A program made the translations under genes and the position numbers. The notes beneath the pieces were generated by a model that saw only the letters and a program-made list of their open reading frames with translations, was not told the DNA's origin and made no database searches. A stretch of 32,000 nucleotides of DNA from the NCBI GenBank assembly GCA_026625185.1, contig CP113000.1, positions 1,515,622-1,547,621 on the forward strand, given 5' to 3'. The DNA comes from Thermodesulfobacteriota bacterium. GTDB lineage: Bacteria > Desulfobacterota > WTBG01 > JAGOGO01. Below, piece after piece: positions 1 through 10,053 of this stretch (the first letter of the stretch is position 1; the number at the start of each line of letters is the position of its first letter).

Positions 1-1169
1 TTGGGGATTTTGTTGGCATCAAAGGGAAGCCCTTTCGAACCAAGACCAACGAACTCACCCTTCTGGTTGAAGAAATATGTCTCCTTTCTAAATCGTTGCA
101 GCCGCTACCGGAAAAATGGCATGGTCTTACTGATGTCGAGACCCGTTACCGGCAAAGATACCTTGACTTAATCATGAACCCCGCGATCAGACGGGTATTT
201 GAAATGAGAAGCGCGACCATTCAAGCTCTCCGCAATTTTTTTCTTGCTCGTGATTTTTTTGAAGTAGAGACACCGATGATGCACCCTATTGCCGGGGGAG
301 CAACCGCCCGACCATTTAAAACTCATCACCATGCTCTGGGAATAGACCTTTATCTGAGGGTTGCTCCGGAATTATACCTCAAGCGACTGGTAATCGGTGG
401 GATGGAAAGAGTATTTGAAATCAACCGAAGTTTTCGCAACGAAGGTATTTCCACCCAGCACAACCCGGAATTCACTATGCTCGAATTTTATCAAGCTTAT
501 GCCACCTATAAAGATCTTATGGACTTAACTGAAGAAATGCTGTCTGAAGTGGTAAAGTCATTATTCGGAAGCCTCAGAATACCCTATCAAGGGGAAACAC
601 TGGATTTTAATCCTCCCTGGAAACGGATGAGCTTAAGAGAGTCGCTTTTCTCAGTGGGTGGATTTGATTCGGAATTTTTGCGGGATCCGTTAAAAATGCG
701 GAACTTTCTGGAAACTCACTCTGTTACGATAACTGACCAGGAAAACATCGGAAAACTCCATACCGACCTGTTTGAGGCCATCATTGAGCCTCAGTTGATC
801 CAACCAACGTTTGTCATTAATTATCCGGTAGAAGTCTCGCCTCTTTCACGGCGACGGGACGACAATCCTTCTGAGGTTGAGCGTTTCGAACTTTTCATTG
901 CCGGCCGAGAAATTGCGAACGCCTTCTCTGAACTCAATGATCCGAATGATCAAAAAGAACGTTTTTTAAAGCAACTGGAAGAACGAGAAAAAGACGCGGA
1001 TATTCCTCCCGAGATCGATGAAGATTATATTCGCGCCCTTGAATACGGAATGCCCCCAACCGCTGGTGAGGGTATCGGAATTGATCGTCTGGTCATGCTT
1101 TTAACCGATTCCCCTTCAATCCGGGATGTCATTTTATTTCCCCTTTTACGACCGGAGCTAAAGGGTTAA
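1..1169 (+). CDS. lysS: Lysyl-tRNA synthetase, class II (C-terminal catalytic part; the 5' end lies upstream of the window)
   Basis: The frame is open from nt 3 ([24 protein letters not shown]...), upstream of the listed Met at 96. Class II aaRS signature stretches are present (FEVETPMM; [21 protein letters not shown]; [19 protein letters not shown]). Confidence 0.92.
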   Translation, partial: GDFVGIKGKPFRTKTNELTLLVEEICLLSKSLQPLPEKWHGLTDVETRYRQRYLDLIMNPAIRRVFEMRSATIQALRNFFLARDFFEVETPMMHPIAGGATARPFKTHHHALGIDLYLRVAPELYLKRLVIGGMERVFEINRSFRNEGISTQHNPEFTMLEFYQAYATYKDLMDLTEEMLSEVVKSLFGSLRIPYQGETLDFNPPWKRMSLRESLFSVGGFDSEFLRDPLKMRNFLETHSVTITDQENIGKLHTDLFEAIIEPQLIQPTFVINYPVEVSPLSRRRDDNPSEVERFELFIAGREIANAFSELNDPNDQKERFLKQLEEREKDADIPPEIDEDYIRALEYGMPPTAGEGIGIDRLVMLLTDSPSIRDVILFPLLRPELKG

Positions 1170-1171
1170 AA

Positions 1172-2428
1172 ATGAAGTTTGAATTATTCGTTAGCCTGAG
1201 ATATCTGATGGCAAAACGGAAACAAGCATTTTTTTCTATTATTACCATTATTTCTATTATCAGCGTTACCATCGGAGTAATGACCCTTATCACTGTATTG
1301 GGAGTCATGAGCGGATTTGAAAACGACCTTAAAGAAAAAATTCTCGGCACGAATGCCCATATCCGGATATTTAAGTTTGACAAGGGGATAGAGAACTACC
1401 CTGACGTATCCTCCCGGATTGCTAAGATCACGGGCGTTATGGCCACGACTCCTTTTGTCTATTCTGAGGCCATGCTTTCCTCGGAGGCTGCTGTTTCTGG
1501 TATTGTCCTCCTGGGAATCAACCCCGAAACCGTGGGTCAGGTTACTAACTTAAAACAAAACCTTATTAAAGGAAATCTCGATAATCTCATGCATCCCCCG
1601 CAAGCTTCCAACCTGCCGGGAATCTTTATCGGAAAAGAATTGGCAAAAATTTTCGGTCTTTCTTTTCTCGATGAAGTAACCGTTATCTCTCCCTTGGGTG
1701 AGCAAACCCCCATGGGGATGGTGCCGAAGATGAAAAAATTTCGGATAGTTGGTATCTTTGATTCCGGAATGTATGAATACGACACAAAATGGGCATACAT
1801 CTTTCTTCCTATCGCCCAACAATTCTTTCAGATAGGAGAAGCCGTTACCGGAATTGAGGTAAAAGTCTCCGATCCTTATGAAGCCCATACCATCGCTCGA
1901 GATATTGAGAAAAAATTGGGGTTTTCTTTTCAGGCTCGTGATTGGATGGAAATGAATAAAAACCTGTTTTCCGCCCTCCGGATAGAAAAAATTATTATGT
2001 TTATTGTCCTAGTGCTTATAATTCTGGTCGCTTCGTTTGGCATAATTAGCATCTTAATTATGGTGGTGATGGAAAAAACTTCAGACATTGCGATCATGAA
2101 AACGATGGGAGCAAAAGCTTCGAGCATTATGAAAATATTTATGATTGACGGCCTGGTGATAGGGATTTTCGGGACATTATTGGGAACAATCGGGGGGCTT
2201 TCTTTGGGAAAAAATATCCAGGCAGTAGCCAATTTTCTTGAAAAACGTTTTCATATTAATGTATTTCCTCCGGATGTTTATTATATTGATAGGGTTCCTT
2301 TTCAAATTAACCCTACTGATATCACGTTGATTATTGTTATAACCCTGACCGTAAGCTTTTTGGCAACCGTTTTTCCCTCGTGGCAGGCCTCCCGGCTCGA
2401 TCCTGCTAAGGCCCTGCGCTATGGATAA
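1172..2428 (+). CDS. lolC: Lipoprotein-releasing system permease, LolC/LolE (FtsX/MacB-type) family
   Basis: 418 aa. N-terminal TM helix, large periplasmic domain and C-terminal FtsX-like 3-TM bundle. The N-terminus FELFVSLRYL..KR is typical of LolC/E. It starts 2 nt after the lysS stop and is followed by lolD. Confidence 0.85.
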   Translation: MKFELFVSLRYLMAKRKQAFFSIITIISIISVTIGVMTLITVLGVMSGFENDLKEKILGTNAHIRIFKFDKGIENYPDVSSRIAKITGVMATTPFVYSEAMLSSEAAVSGIVLLGINPETVGQVTNLKQNLIKGNLDNLMHPPQASNLPGIFIGKELAKIFGLSFLDEVTVISPLGEQTPMGMVPKMKKFRIVGIFDSGMYEYDTKWAYIFLPIAQQFFQIGEAVTGIEVKVSDPYEAHTIARDIEKKLGFSFQARDWMEMNKNLFSALRIEKIIMFIVLVLIILVASFGIISILIMVVMEKTSDIAIMKTMGAKASSIMKIFMIDGLVIGIFGTLLGTIGGLSLGKNIQAVANFLEKRFHINVFPPDVYYIDRVPFQINPTDITLIIVITLTVSFLATVFPSWQASRLDPAKALRYG

Positions 2429-2448
2429 GGACGAGAAGAGGAACTCAG

Positions 2449-3159
2449 GTGGAATCAAAAACACCCCTTATCGGGATTCACAATGTTTGCAAAACTTACG
2501 GAAATGGTCAAAAGCAGGTCAGCGCTTTACAGGGTATAAGCTTTGACATTTATGAACAAGAGTTTTTATCGATCGTAGGAACTTCCGGAGCAGGGAAAAG
2601 CACTCTTCTTCACGTGTTAGGAACTCTCGATCGGCCTTCCCAAGGCGAGGTAGTTTATCGAGGAAAAGATGTTTTCTCATGGAGGGATAAAGAGTTAGCT
2701 CAGTTTCGGAATCAAAAGATTGGCTTTGTGTTTCAGTTACATTATCTTCTTCCGGAATTTTCTGCTTTAGAAAATACCATGATGCCGGCACTTATTCGGG
2801 GAATAAAAAAAGGGGAGGCAAAAGAAAAGGCGGAAACCATTCTCATTAAAATGGGTCTTAAAGAAAGAATTCTTCATAAACCAGGAGAACTTTCCGGAGG
2901 TGAACAACAAAGAGTAGCAATTGCCCGGGCGCTGGTGCTGAAACCGGAAATTATCCTGGCCGATGAACCAACCGGCAACCTCGACTCAGAAACCGGAAAA
3001 TTAATTTTTGATCTTCTCTTTAAGTTAAATATTGAAGAAAAAATCGTGATGGTAGTAGTTACCCATAATGAAAGTTTAGCGAGCCAAACCCCTCGCTTAA
3101 TTACTTTGAAAGATGGAATAAAAATTGGGGATACTTATCCCGTGAGAGGAGAAGCATGA
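2449..3159 (+). CDS. lolD: Lipoprotein-releasing system ATP-binding protein
   Basis: GTG start. Walker [13 protein letters not shown] signature [15 protein letters not shown], Walker [12 protein letters not shown]. Adjacent to the LolC/E permease. Confidence 0.85.
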   Translation: MESKTPLIGIHNVCKTYGNGQKQVSALQGISFDIYEQEFLSIVGTSGAGKSTLLHVLGTLDRPSQGEVVYRGKDVFSWRDKELAQFRNQKIGFVFQLHYLLPEFSALENTMMPALIRGIKKGEAKEKAETILIKMGLKERILHKPGELSGGEQQRVAIARALVLKPEIILADEPTGNLDSETGKLIFDLLFKLNIEEKIVMVVVTHNESLASQTPRLITLKDGIKIGDTYPVRGEA

Positions 3160-5936
3160 GAAAAATAGTCGTGTTCATAGCCATCATCTTTCTGGCAATC
3201 GGGTCCCACGTTTCTCTCCGGGCAGCTGAAGAAAAACCTGTGACTGTTTTAGTTGCTCCTTTCCGTGTTCAGAGTCAGGTGCCTATAGAATACATAGTCC
3301 AGGCCTTTCCTCACCTGCTTTCTTCACGACTTGAGGCTGAGAAAGGAATAAAAACGATCGATGAGTCAGTTGTTTCGGGGATACTACAAAAGTTAAAATC
3401 TAACACACTCAATGAGGAAACAGCGCGAACAGTGGGAATGGAAACCGGGGCGGATTGGGTTATCCTCGGCACGATTACTAAAATAAATGAATCTATCACC
3501 TTAGATGCCACGCTGGTTGGCATCTCAGGTGATAAACCAACCCTCTCAGAGTCATACCAGGAAAATTCTTTAAAAAGACTTATTGACGGAGTCGGGGTTT
3601 TGGCAAAACAGATAAGCAATAAGATTTTGGGCAAAGTCATTGTTGTGGATATAGCTATCAAGGGAAACCGGCTGATTGAAGATGCCGCTATCCTCGACCA
3701 GGTCAAAACCAAGCCGGGCGATGTCTATTCTCCTGAAAAGCTTCAGGCGGATATCCGCTCTGTTTACAACATGGGTTTTTTTAATGACATTAAAATTGAC
3801 AGCACTGATGAGCCTTCGGGGAAAAAGATTATTTTTGTCGTCCAGGAAAATCCGGAAATCGCCCAAATAAAAATCGCCGGTAATCAAAAGATAAACGCAT
3901 CGGATATCGAAAAACAAATCGATATCAAACCGCATACGATCCTGGATCACAAAAAGGCTAAGGAGAATGTTACCAAGATAAAAAAATTCTATGAGGGAAA
4001 AGGTTACCATGATGCTTTAGTGGAATACAAAACCGAAGAGGTGAGCCCCGAACAAGTTGCGCTGGTGTTTCAAATTATAGAACATCATTCAATGAAAATT
4101 AAAAAAATTGAAATCACGGGAAACAAAAAACTGAAGGATAGTAACATTAAAAGCGTGATGGAAAGCCGGAAAAAAAACCTTCTTTCTTTTTTTACGAATT
4201 CCGGAACATTTAAGGAAGACGCGCTTAAGGTCGACCGCGATCGAATCATGGCCTATTACTATGACTTCGGATACCTGGATGTCAAGGTGGGAGAACCGGA
4301 AGTAAAACATGATGAAAAATGGTTCTACATCACGATCCCGGTTGAAGAAGGTGAACAATACCGGTTAAGCGACGTTAAAATCGGGGGCGAGCTCATCAAA
4401 ACGAAAGCGCCGCTCGAGAAGCAGATAACGGTCAAAAAAGGCGAAGTCTTTTGCCGTCAAAAAGTCCAAAAAGACATCGAGGCCCTCACTGACGTTTATG
4501 GGGAGTTTGGGTATGCTTTTGTTGACATAACGCCGCTGACAAAAATAAACGCCGACAACAAATCCGTGGATTTGACGTATGATATCGCCAAAGGGAAGGA
4601 AGTTTATTTTGAAAAAATTAAAATTACGGGAAACACAAGAACCCGGGATAAAGTAATCCGACGGGAAATGCGGATAAAGGAATCTGACCTTTATAACAAC
4701 AAAAAGCTCAAAAAGAGCAGAGACCGGCTAAACAATCTCGGGTATTTTGAAGACGTAAAGATCAATACCCAAAAAGGAAGTGAACCGAATAAAATGAATG
4801 TGGAGGTGAATGTAAAAGAAAAATCAACCGGTATGATCAGCGTGGGCACGGGGTATAGTTCGGTCGATAGTATCGTGGGTACTTTTCAGATTTCTCAGAC
4901 CAATTTTATGGGAAAAGGCCTGGCGGCCACGGCTATGGCGCAATTGGGGAAAAACCCCCACTACCGGCTCGCCCTCACGAACCCCTATATTTTTGACAAG
5001 CAAATTTCCGCCGGCTTTGATATTTTTAAGATGGACGTGGCATATGAGGATTTCGATTCCCAAAACCAGGGATTAGCTTTAAGCTTTGGCTTTCTCCCGT
5101 TCAAAAATATTGAAGACCTTATCCTTTCATTTAAATATGGTTATTCAAGTACGGATATTTCCGACTTGTATGATGAACTTGAGTATGACAGTAACGGAAA
5201 CCCTTTTATTGGAATCGATGTTGACCAGGATATTTACGACGCGAAAGAAGACAGCCCGATCAAAGTCAGCTCCCTGACCTCCACTTTACTCCGGAGTACC
5301 ATTGATGACCAGTTTTACCCAATGCGCGGCTCATCTAATTCCATGTCTTTTGAATTTGCCGGTTTATCGGGCGAGAAATTCATCAAAGGCGTAATCGATT
5401 CCCGCTGGTATTTCCCCTTTAAGTGGGGAACGGCTTTTTCGGCGCATGGGTCAGCAGGTTATGCCAGGGGGTACGGCGGAGATGACGTGCCTGTGTTTCA
5501 GCGGTTTTTTTTGGGCGGTCTTGATTCTCTCCGGGGCTTTAAAGACCGGAAGGTCGGCCCCAAAGGCAAAAATACGCATGAACCGATCGAAGTCCGACAA
5601 ATCGACGTCAACGGTGACGGTGTTCTTGAGGATGTTCCCGTTTATTTAACCGGAGACGCAATCACCGGAGGGGAAAAGATGGCGTTTTGCCAGTTTGAAT
5701 ATCTTTTCCCCCTCATTAAGGCGGCAAAAATAAGAGGGCTGATGTTTTTTGACGCGGGCAGCGCGTGGGGAGGACCAGGAGAAGATACCAAATTTGATCT
5801 CCGTACGGACGTCGGTTTTGGGATCAGGTGGAACTCTCCGTTCGGACCTCTGCGGGTAGACTGGGGTCTTAACTTAAGCCCGAAGCATGATGAGAAAAAA
5901 AGTAATTTTGGATTCTCCGCGGGCGCGGGATTTTAA
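3156..5936 (+). CDS. bamA: Outer membrane protein assembly factor BamA (Omp85), with an extra ~140-aa N-terminal module
   Basis: 926 aa. Signal peptide (..VSLRA/AEE), five recognisable POTRA-like repeats beginning about residue 166 (VIVVDIAIKGNRLIED..), and a C-terminal beta-barrel with the RFFLGGLDSLRGF loop-6 motif and a terminal aromatic (..SAGAGF). ATGA overlap with the lolD stop. Confidence 0.9.
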   Translation: MRKIVVFIAIIFLAIGSHVSLRAAEEKPVTVLVAPFRVQSQVPIEYIVQAFPHLLSSRLEAEKGIKTIDESVVSGILQKLKSNTLNEETARTVGMETGADWVILGTITKINESITLDATLVGISGDKPTLSESYQENSLKRLIDGVGVLAKQISNKILGKVIVVDIAIKGNRLIEDAAILDQVKTKPGDVYSPEKLQADIRSVYNMGFFNDIKIDSTDEPSGKKIIFVVQENPEIAQIKIAGNQKINASDIEKQIDIKPHTILDHKKAKENVTKIKKFYEGKGYHDALVEYKTEEVSPEQVALVFQIIEHHSMKIKKIEITGNKKLKDSNIKSVMESRKKNLLSFFTNSGTFKEDALKVDRDRIMAYYYDFGYLDVKVGEPEVKHDEKWFYITIPVEEGEQYRLSDVKIGGELIKTKAPLEKQITVKKGEVFCRQKVQKDIEALTDVYGEFGYAFVDITPLTKINADNKSVDLTYDIAKGKEVYFEKIKITGNTRTRDKVIRREMRIKESDLYNNKKLKKSRDRLNNLGYFEDVKINTQKGSEPNKMNVEVNVKEKSTGMISVGTGYSSVDSIVGTFQISQTNFMGKGLAATAMAQLGKNPHYRLALTNPYIFDKQISAGFDIFKMDVAYEDFDSQNQGLALSFGFLPFKNIEDLILSFKYGYSSTDISDLYDELEYDSNGNPFIGIDVDQDIYDAKEDSPIKVSSLTSTLLRSTIDDQFYPMRGSSNSMSFEFAGLSGEKFIKGVIDSRWYFPFKWGTAFSAHGSAGYARGYGGDDVPVFQRFFLGGLDSLRGFKDRKVGPKGKNTHEPIEVRQIDVNGDGVLEDVPVYLTGDAITGGEKMAFCQFEYLFPLIKAAKIRGLMFFDAGSAWGGPGEDTKFDLRTDVGFGIRWNSPFGPLRVDWGLNLSPKHDEKKSNFGFSAGAGF

Positions 5937-5969
5937 GAAGTTTAAAGATTTAAGATTGAAGGGTTCAGC

Positions 5970-6101
5970 TTAAAACTTAAGGGTTCCTCTAAAAATGTCA
6001 TTCCTGTTAAAGCAGGACTCCGGAGCCAATCGAAATTACTGGACTCCCGCCTTCGCGGGAGTGACAAATCGGGAATTATTAGAGGTACCCTTAAGTCTTA
6101 A
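5970..6101. repeat. Nested palindromic (REP/MITE-like) element in the bamA-skp spacer
   Basis: The outer arms 5970-5990 (ttaaaacttaagggttcctct) and 6081-6101 (agaggtacccttaagtcttaa) are inverted repeats matching at 19/21. The inner hairpins 5997-6021 (gtcattcctgttaaagcaggactcc) and 6041-6065 (ggactcccgccttcgcgggagtgac) are inverted versions of each other. Confidence 0.6.
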
Positions 6102-6186
6102 TTTTTAATGGTCAGCATGACGAAATGTGCAAATTTGGTAGGTATCAGAACTAATTAATTTCACCAAAAAAGGAAGGAGCAAAAGT

Positions 6187-6747
6187 ATGTTAAAAAAGAT
6201 CATTGCCATTGTTGCTGCATTGTTTTTTCTTTCTCTCACCTCCATCGGAATAGCACAGCAACAAGTAAAATCAGCTGCTTTAAAAGTAGGTTCGGTTGAT
6301 ATTCAGAAAGCCCTCAACACCTGTGAGGCAGGCAAGGCTGCAGCAGCTAAATTGAACAAGGCGTTGGAGGATGCGAAAAAAAAGTACGAGGCGCAAGGTC
6401 AGGCATTGCAGAAAGAACAAGAGGCCCTCGAGCGGCAATCGTCGGTTCTTGATGAGCAGGTGTTTAAAGATAAGGTAAGAGATTTTCAGAGCAAGGCTCG
6501 TGACTGGGACAGATTCCGCAAGGATATAGAAACAGATATCCGGCAGCAGCACAATGAGATCGTGGATAAAATTTCCAAGGAACTCATCGGGATTACCGAA
6601 CAGGTTGGGAAAGAAGGCGGCTTTACCTTCGTGCTTGAACGAAGCCTCGTGCCGTATATAGATCCCACGCTCGATATTACTGATGAAGTTGTAAAACGAT
6701 ACAATCAAAAATTCGGCGCTAAAGCCGCTCCTGCTCCGGCGAAATAA
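6187..6747 (+). CDS. skp: Periplasmic chaperone Skp/OmpH family
   Basis: 186 aa. Signal peptide, a long Lys/Glu/Gln-rich coiled-coil body, the canonical position between bamA and lpxD, and a strong SD (aaggaggagc). Confidence 0.8.
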   Translation: MLKKIIAIVAALFFLSLTSIGIAQQQVKSAALKVGSVDIQKALNTCEAGKAAAAKLNKALEDAKKKYEAQGQALQKEQEALERQSSVLDEQVFKDKVRDFQSKARDWDRFRKDIETDIRQQHNEIVDKISKELIGITEQVGKEGGFTFVLERSLVPYIDPTLDITDEVVKRYNQKFGAKAAPAPAK

Positions 6748-6764
6748 ACGCGGAACAAAAGACC

Positions 6765-7808
6765 GTGGAGAAAACACTCACCGAATTAGCGCAGAGATTT
6801 GGAGGAACGGTTGTCGGGGATGGCGCGATAAAAATCAAAGGATTAGCAAGCCTATCCGAAGCTCAGGAAGGGCATATCACCTTTCTTGCCAATCCCAAAT
6901 ATCGCTGCCTTCTTTCAAAAACCCGGGCATCGGCAATCATTGCCTCGGAAGTAATCGATGAGTTGAAGACTTCTTTTCTGATCGTCTCTGATCCGTATCT
7001 CGTCTACGCGAAGATCGCCCGGCTGTTTTTTCTTAAACCTTACGAATCAAAGGGGATCAGTAATGGGGCAATCATTTCTCTCACCGCTCGCGTGGGGAAA
7101 GATGTCACCATTGCTCCCTTTGTTTATGTTGGAGAAAATGTCGTTATCGGAGACCGCGTCACCTTGTATCCGGGAGTGTACATTGGCGATGACGTAAAAA
7201 TCGGCGATGATGTGATCTTTTACCCGAATGTAACCATCCTTCGAGACTCCTTCATCGGCGATCGGGTTATCCTTCATTCCGGTGTGGTCATCGGCGGTGA
7301 TGGTTTTGGATACGCGCAAGAAAAGGGAAGATACGTGAAAATTCCCCAGGCAGGGAGCGTTCACATTGATGATGATGTTGAAATCGGTTCCAACTCTACG
7401 GTTGACCGGGCCGCTTTAGGAAAAACATGGATTAAACGGGGGGTAAAAATTGATAATTTAGTCATGGTAGCCCATAATGTCGTCGTGGGAGAAGACACGG
7501 TGATCGTGGCCCAATCAGGGATTGCCGGAAGTTCCGAACTGGGAAATAATGTTATCCTGGCCGCGCAGTCAGGAATCGCAGGGCATTTAAAGATCGGCAA
7601 TAAGGCAATCGTGGGCGCCCGGGGCGGAGTTAGTCAAGATATCTCCCCCGGAACCATGGTCTCCGGAGCGCCTGCTATTCCCCATCGGGATTGGCTTAAG
7701 GCAGTGACGCTATTCAGCCGCTTTCCGGAACTATACCAGGAGCTTAGGGGGATAAAGAAAAAGGTTGAGGCTTTGGAAAACCAATTAAAAAAAATGGAGG
7801 AGATATGA
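6765..7808 (+). CDS. lpxD: UDP-3-O-(3-hydroxyacyl)glucosamine N-acyltransferase
   Basis: 347 aa, GTG start. N-terminal LpxD uridine-binding region (L..LA..FGG...GD....I.G.A.L..A....I.F..N.KY), then left-handed beta-helix hexapeptide repeats and a C-terminal helix. skp-lpxD-fabZ-lpxA synteny. Confidence 0.9.
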   Translation: MEKTLTELAQRFGGTVVGDGAIKIKGLASLSEAQEGHITFLANPKYRCLLSKTRASAIIASEVIDELKTSFLIVSDPYLVYAKIARLFFLKPYESKGISNGAIISLTARVGKDVTIAPFVYVGENVVIGDRVTLYPGVYIGDDVKIGDDVIFYPNVTILRDSFIGDRVILHSGVVIGGDGFGYAQEKGRYVKIPQAGSVHIDDDVEIGSNSTVDRAALGKTWIKRGVKIDNLVMVAHNVVVGEDTVIVAQSGIAGSSELGNNVILAAQSGIAGHLKIGNKAIVGARGGVSQDISPGTMVSGAPAIPHRDWLKAVTLFSRFPELYQELRGIKKKVEALENQLKKMEEI

Positions 7809-8293
7809 TTGATATTTATGCTATTTTAAAAATTCTTCCCCATCGTTACCCTTTTATTTTGGTTGACCGGATTCTTGAACTCGACCCCGGAAAATACATC
7901 GTGGGCATAAAAAATGTCACTATTAATGAACCTTTTTTTCAAGGCCACTTTCCCGGATTTCCGATCATGCCCGGTGTCCTGATCGTTGAAGCTATGGCCC
8001 AAACCTGGGGGATCTGTGTGTTCGCGCTCAACCCCGAAGACGCGCAAAACAAAAACCTGTTTTTTTCCGGCATTGACAATGCTCGTTTCCGCAAACCGGT
8101 TGAGCCCGGAGACCAGCTGCGCCTTGAACTGAATTTAATGAAACATAGAGGTATCTTGTGGAAGTTTAAAGGCATCGCTACAGTAGGCGGAGAACTCGTT
8201 GCTGAAGCTGAACTGCTGGCCTCAGTGATTGATAAAAACCCTCCCCAAAAAATAACGGGAGAAAACAACCAAGAGAAATCCGGTCAGGCTTAG
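7805..8293 (+). CDS. fabZ: 3-hydroxyacyl-ACP dehydratase FabZ
   Basis: 162 aa. The [13 protein letters not shown] and [23 protein letters not shown] motifs are diagnostic of FabZ. ATGA overlap with lpxD. Confidence 0.92.
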   Translation: MIDIYAILKILPHRYPFILVDRILELDPGKYIVGIKNVTINEPFFQGHFPGFPIMPGVLIVEAMAQTWGICVFALNPEDAQNKNLFFSGIDNARFRKPVEPGDQLRLELNLMKHRGILWKFKGIATVGGELVAEAELLASVIDKNPPQKITGENNQEKSGQA

Positions 8294-8302
8294 TTTTTAT
8301 GG

Positions 8303-8435
8303 TTAATCCGGCGATAACAAAAACAAGCCTTGATTTACCTGTGATTGCGAGCACCCAAAAGGTGCGAAGCAATCTCATTGTAAAATCTGAGATTGCTTCG
8401 TTTCACTCGCAATACATCTTTGATCGCCGGATTAA
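8303..8435. repeat. Nested palindromic (REP/MITE-like) element in the fabZ-lpxA spacer
   Basis: Perfect 13-nt outer inverted repeat ttaatccggcgat (8303-8315) / atcgccggattaa (8423-8435). Inner pairs are attgcgag/ctcgcaat, cacc-caaaa-ggtg, and a perfect 13-nt cgaagcaatctca (8365-8377) / tgagattgcttcg (8388-8400). Confidence 0.6.
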
Positions 8436-8474
8436 GGTCTCTATCTCTATCTGCATGTGAGAAAGAGGAAGTGA

Positions 8475-9245
8475 ATGATTCATAAAACCGCTATTATTGA
8501 ACCAGGATCTGAATTCGGTGAAGGGGTGGAAATAGGTGCGTATTCAGTCATTGGTTCTCAGGTAACAATCGGAGCCCATACTAAAATCGGCTCCCATGTA
8601 ATTATCAAAGGCCCCACGTACATTGGGAAAAACTGTACTATTTCCCCTTTTTCCTCTCTGGGAGATATCCCCCAGGATTTAAAATACAAGGGAGAAGAAA
8701 CCAAACTCATTATTGGAGATAATAATGTGATCCGGGAATATGTTACTATTAACCGGGGCACCGCAGAAGGAGAAGGAAAAACAGTTATCGGCAATAATAA
8801 TTTTCTCATGGCTTATTCCCACATTGCCCATGACTGCACGATCAGCAATTTTGTGATCATGGCCAATTCAGCCACTCTGGCCGGGCACATTATGATCGAA
8901 GACTTTGCGGTCATCGGAGGCCTTGTCGCTATCCATCAATTTGTTAAAGTGGGACGAAACGCTTTTATCGGCGGCTGTTCCGCAGTTCCTCAAGATGTTC
9001 CTCCCTATTGCTTGGCGGTCGGAAACCGGGCTCGCCTTTATGGTTTAAATCTTATCGGTCTTAAGCGGCACAATTTTTCTCCTCAGACCCTGAAAAATCT
9101 CAAAGACGCGTATCGAATCATTTTTCGTTCCGGTTTGTCATTAAAAGAAGCACTACAACAGGTTGAGCAAAAAATAACCAACTCTCCTGAGGTAAACCAT
9201 TTCATTGAATTCATCAAAAAATCTAAGCGAGGCATCCTCCGCTAA
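8475..9245 (+). CDS. lpxA: Acyl-ACP--UDP-N-acetylglucosamine O-acyltransferase
   Basis: 256 aa. N-terminus IHKTAIIEPG..., hexapeptide beta-helix, the LMAYSHIAHDC catalytic His region, and a C-terminal helical domain. Confidence 0.9.
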   Translation: MIHKTAIIEPGSEFGEGVEIGAYSVIGSQVTIGAHTKIGSHVIIKGPTYIGKNCTISPFSSLGDIPQDLKYKGEETKLIIGDNNVIREYVTINRGTAEGEGKTVIGNNNFLMAYSHIAHDCTISNFVIMANSATLAGHIMIEDFAVIGGLVAIHQFVKVGRNAFIGGCSAVPQDVPPYCLAVGNRARLYGLNLIGLKRHNFSPQTLKNLKDAYRIIFRSGLSLKEALQQVEQKITNSPEVNHFIEFIKKSKRGILR

Positions 9246-10053
9246 TTCGTTTGCCCGTTTCGGCCTCATTGCCGGCGCCGGGCGGTTTCCCTTGCTCTTT
9301 GCCCAGTCGGCTAAAAATCACGGCGTGGAAATCGTCGCGGTCGCTCATGAGGGTCAGACCCTTCCGGAACTGGAGGATGTGGTTAAAAAAATTTACTGGA
9401 TCAAAGTTGGACAATTGGGGAAGCTGATTAAAATATTAAAAACAGAAGGGATAAAAGATGCTGCCATGGTAGGCGGGATAACGAAAACCATCATGTTTTC
9501 CGATGTTTTTCCGGACTTCCAGGCCGTCTCCCTGGTGGCAAAACTGAGGACATTGAATGATGATGTGCTTTTGCGGGCGGTCGCGGAGGAAATCGAGAAA
9601 GAAGGCATTGCTATCCATAGCTCAACGATTTTCCTTGACCAGCTTTTAAGCCCTCCGGGTTGTTTAACAAAGAAGGTTCCCGATAAAAAAGAAATGAGGG
9701 ATATTGAATTCGGGTGGGAAATCGCCAAAGCGATCGGGAAACTTGATATCGGACAGACCATTGTCGTTAAAGATCAAGCAGTGCTCGCGGTAGAGGCCAT
9801 TGAAGGAACTGATGAAGCTATCCGCCGGGCGGGAACCCTGGGAAAAAGGAACGGTTTAGTGGTCATTAAAGTAAGCAAGCCGCAACAAGATCTGCGCTTT
9901 GACGTTCCGGCCATTGGTCTGGGAACCATTACCGTCATGCAGGAAGCAGGAGCCAAGGTCTTAGCTGTGGAAAGCGAAAAGACTCTTCTGCTTGACAAGG
10001 AAGAATTGATCAGGGCGGCAGATAAGGCGGGTATAGTTATTGTGGCGCGATAA
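9205..10053 (+). CDS. lpxI: UDP-2,3-diacylglucosamine pyrophosphatase LpxI (DUF1009 family)
   Basis: N-terminal GLIAGAGRFP and the DIGQTIVVKDQAVLAVEAIEGTDEAIRRAG motif are typical of LpxI. Sits between lpxA and lpxB. The only in-frame start is ATG 9205, which overlaps lpxA by 41 nt. Confidence 0.78.
   Translation: MNSSKNLSEASSANSFARFGLIAGAGRFPLLFAQSAKNHGVEIVAVAHEGQTLPELEDVVKKIYWIKVGQLGKLIKILKTEGIKDAAMVGGITKTIMFSDVFPDFQAVSLVAKLRTLNDDVLLRAVAEEIEKEGIAIHSSTIFLDQLLSPPGCLTKKVPDKKEMRDIEFGWEIAKAIGKLDIGQTIVVKDQAVLAVEAIEGTDEAIRRAGTLGKRNGLVVIKVSKPQQDLRFDVPAIGLGTITVMQEAGAKVLAVESEKTLLLDKEELIRAADKAGIVIVAR

Noticed and set aside
6280-6777. 165-aa ORF antisense to skp. Similar long antisense ORFs occur at 17543-18055 (pilQ), 28124-28579 (clpA), 30341-30826 (eamA and repeat), 3311-3712 and 3570-4010 (bamA).
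   Set aside because: Each lies wholly opposite a confidently identified gene and has no start context or recognisable motifs. The Lys/Glu-rich or repetitive sense-strand codon usage explains the open antisense frames.
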